A DNA stretch of 63,059 bases, the filler included, from Pelomyxa schiedti (Eukaryota; Protista; Evosea): assembly GCA_020536535.1 (NCBI GenBank). It is 5 parts of 5 records of this genome, joined end to end, with 100 filler letters (N's around TTAATTAATTAA, not from the genome) between each part and the next. Parts side by side here need not be neighbours in the genome. Positions count along the whole stretch, not along the records: positions 53,382 to 61,628 come from JAHLWZ010000641.1; positions 61,729 to 63,059 come from JAHLWZ010002591.1; 3 more parts are not named here. One strand, 5' to 3'. The notes under the pieces were generated by a model, which made no database searches, had not been told where the DNA came from, and saw only the letters and a list, made by a program, of their open reading frames with translations. The position numbers and the translations under genes were made by a program. Below, one piece after another: positions 60,600-63,059 of the stretch; positions within the stretch are counted from its first letter, which is position 1, and every line of letters starts with the position of its first letter.

Positions 60600-61414
60600 A
60601 ATGAGTTCGCTGAGCTCCAGAGCCCTGGACTCGTTTTTTTATGTCTATTGAGCAGAAAGGAAGACGAATTATTTACTCATGTGTTTTCTGGTGCTTTGGC
60701 ATAGTATACACCTTGTAACGCATCGTGCCAGGACCTGACTTTCTCGACTCCTTTCTTCTCTTTGTTCTAGAATGTCCATCATCGCGGTCCATCTGTATGC
60801 AATAGGTGTGCAGGGTTAGCTTAAGTTTCACCAACTTGGTTCCTCAGCCTCATAAAAACAAAAACCACCAGAGTCATACCTCGCCTGCCTCTCGGTGGCA
60901 ACGAGGGCACAATGTCTTTCCGCTCTCAGTGTCCCACGACAACTCCGCGCCGGCCCCACAATTGCTGCATTCATTGGCGGGCATTGGTGCGGGGAAGAGC
61001 AGTCTCTCGTGGGTCTGCGGCTCGCTGAGTGGCGTGCTCGGCTCCGAGGTGTAGTCGCGCTTTTCTCGCGCCGTGAGCTCGCCTAGGAACCCTCCTTCAA
61101 AAGCTTCGTCAACCCTGTCACTGAGAAGAGGATCCTGCAAATGTGCCTTTGGCCAACTTAGTTCTGAAGCTCTCAACGAAAACAAAAAACCAGAGACATA
61201 CCTCGCCCAAATCTTTGCGACAACGAGGGCACAATGACCTGCCGCTCTCGGTGTCCCACCCGCTCCCACAATTGCGGCATCGACTGGTGGGCGGGGTTGG
61301 TTCTCCCTTTTCTGCCGCTGCGTGTTGTAGTTCTTGGGCTTCTGCATCTTCTAAGGCGAGGGCGGCCCCGGTTTCGAGGTCTACAAGGACGCCGGACATC
61401 ATCACGACTTTCAT
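60600..61414 (-). CDS. Protein with two tandem TFIIB-type zinc ribbons; 3' end uncertain
   Basis: RCRNCGSGWDTESGRSLCPRCRKDLGE and ECSNCGAGAELSWDTESGKTLCPRCHREAGE are each followed by an intron at the same position. Confidence 0.6.
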
Positions 61415-61628
61415 CGCTGAAGTCTCGTTTTTTGTGAGAAAAAAAAAGCGGCAATTTCTTTTGTATTTATAGCATCTTAATTCCAGATTAATCTCCAGAA
61501 ATCTGGTCCTCAACTAGCAGATGTACTCCTCAGAGTACTTGGGACTCCGCTGTGGCGTCCCGCATGCGAGTACTTCAGGTAGCGCGAGTCGCAGGAAGTG
61601 TGCATCTGAACCACCATCGGGGAAATTC

Positions 61629-61728
61629 NNNNNNNNNNNNNNNNNNNNNNNNNNNNNNNNNNNNNNNNNNNNTTAATTAATTAANNNNNNNNNNNNNNNN
61701 NNNNNNNNNNNNNNNNNNNNNNNNNNNN
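61629..61728. other. Artificial scaffold linker
   Basis: N44-TTAATTAATTAA-N44. Confidence 0.95.
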
Positions 61729-61831
61729 TGTTGTGATGGAAGCTCACAGCCAGGTTGTTGTGATGTCATTCCAGTTTCATCCATCCCCATCCAAGCTCAT
61801 CCTCCATGATCGCCTTTCCCTTTTGACCTGA
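61729..61831 (+). CDS. 3' tail of a tandem paralog of the downstream gene
   Basis: VVMEAHSQVVVMSFQFHPSPSKLILHDRLSLLT* vs VVMEAHSQVAVMSFQFVPSQSGLRIDDSSLLF* at 62946-63045. Confidence 0.65.
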
Positions 61832-61882
61832 ACCCCCTATCACCCAATGCAAATCACTTTCGGTTTAAAAGGAAAAAGAGTT

Positions 61883-63045
61883 ATGAGTGCCACGCCAACG
61901 AAGTCTGAGGACTCCAATCGCGACCTCGATATAAGGCTCGCCCCAAGCACAATCACGTCACAGGGCCAGTTCCTTGCCCTCGTGACATCGTCGCACCCGC
62001 GGTGCGGCGGGACCAGCCCCGCCCGCTCGTGGAGTCATTGTGGGACGCCATCGTCGTGTCGACCGCAATCGACTGCGTGCTTGTGTTCGAGGCAGCAACA
62101 TCTAGTGTCAATCTTCACGTGTCTTTTGAGATGTGCCGGTCCCTGTGCAGTGTGAGCAGATCCCCTGCGCTCATCAATGCCCCCCAAGCAGTGAAATCTT
62201 GGCTGACGCCCCGTCTCTTTTCGCTCTGGACTGACAACTCACTTGATGATGATAGTTCCGTCACGGTGCAGTGCCTCGGGTGTGAGAAGAGCCATCTGAT
62301 TAGATGTGGATCCAAGTGCCATGCTCTAAACTCCAAGTGGGTTGTAACTTGTGCAGGAGGAGCTGAGTACGGCTTCAGTCTCACTGTTTGGAGGCTGGTG
62401 GTGACCAGTGGTATGGAAATAGGTGTAGTGGAGCCTGTGGTTGTGCCTCTCAGTGGCTGGGAGCCTTGGTGCAGGATGGAGCTGGATTTCAATCAAGTGA
62501 ATCAAGATGAAGTTATCTGGACTACAATAAGTTGGCCCACTGTAGTTCGCACTTTGATTGACGTCGATGCCTCATACCACTCAAGGAGGGCAGTTGTTCT
62601 GAGTTCTACTGCTTCAGAAAGGCGGTACTCCTTCTATGACCCAATTATTCTGAGAAGGAAAGATGGTGCCCCTGTTTTCCTTGTGAGACCAAGTGAGAAT
62701 GACTATGATGTTCTGGCATTGGACCCAACTACCAGTACCTCCAAGGTGGTCACCAACAACTGTGGATGCCTCACACAGGTCAGCTCCTCTGTGTTCTGTG
62801 TTTGGTGTTGGGAGAACAGGTCATTCGGGCTGTGGGACTTCAATAACCTTGACCAACCACTGAGGGTGATGACGAGGCCGGGTGTGTACAGAAAAGTAGT
62901 TGGTGGCAGTGGGTTCCTGTTTGCACTCAGGGACTTTAGTGAAGTTGTTGTGATGGAAGCTCACAGCCAGGTTGCTGTGATGTCATTCCAGTTTGTTCCC
63001 TCCCAATCTGGGCTCCGCATCGATGACAGTTCTCTGTTGTTCTGA
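61883..63045 (+). pseudogene. 'RCG-motif' orphan family member with a frameshift near 62025
   Basis: MSATPTK..QGQFLALVTSSHPRCGGTSPAR is in one frame. The body (LVESLWDAIVV...) continues in another frame to TGA at 63043-63045. Confidence 0.65.
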
Positions 63046-63059
63046 CAAAACAAACAAAA

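Noticed and set aside
1-63059. tRNA, rRNA, or transposase/reverse-transcriptase genes
   Set aside because: None was recognisable by eye. A tRNAscan/Infernal/RepeatModeler run would be needed to exclude short or degenerate ones.

Overview
Eukaryotic, gene-dense, intron-rich sequence with short GT-AG introns and intergenic gaps of about 100-300 bp. It is most likely an amoebozoan, and the style suggests an archamoeba such as Pelomyxa (inference from a filactin gene and lineage-expanded orphan families). The window is not one contiguous locus: four 100-bp N44-TTAATTAATTAA-N44 linkers join five separate scaffolds (1-23705, 23806-43071, 43172-53281, 53382-61628, 61729-63059), and four plain 100-N gaps lie inside scaffolds. 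Recognisable genes, in order: BROMI/TBC1D32-like, PH-FYVE, a HAD nucleotidase with a degenerate kinase upstream, Kelch plus giant coiled coil, an RCC1-F-box-pseudo-ARF fusion, Sas10/Utp3, RING/B-box, a second giant coiled coil, an atypical Rab-like GTPase, filactin (IST1-filamin x2-actin), HSPA12-like Hsp70, a vinculin/alpha-catenin-like protein, a CUE-Smr nuclease and a double TFIIB-type zinc-ribbon protein. There are also many members of an expanded 'RCG-motif' orphan family, several of them frameshifted. The best candidate for a new system is the RCC1-F-box-catalytically degenerate ARF fusion. Next are a 95-bp inverted-repeat-flanked segment whose inversion would restore the BROMI reading frame (possibly an amplification chimera) and the expanded putative adaptor family. 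All homology calls are by eye; exon boundaries and some gene ends are approximate.
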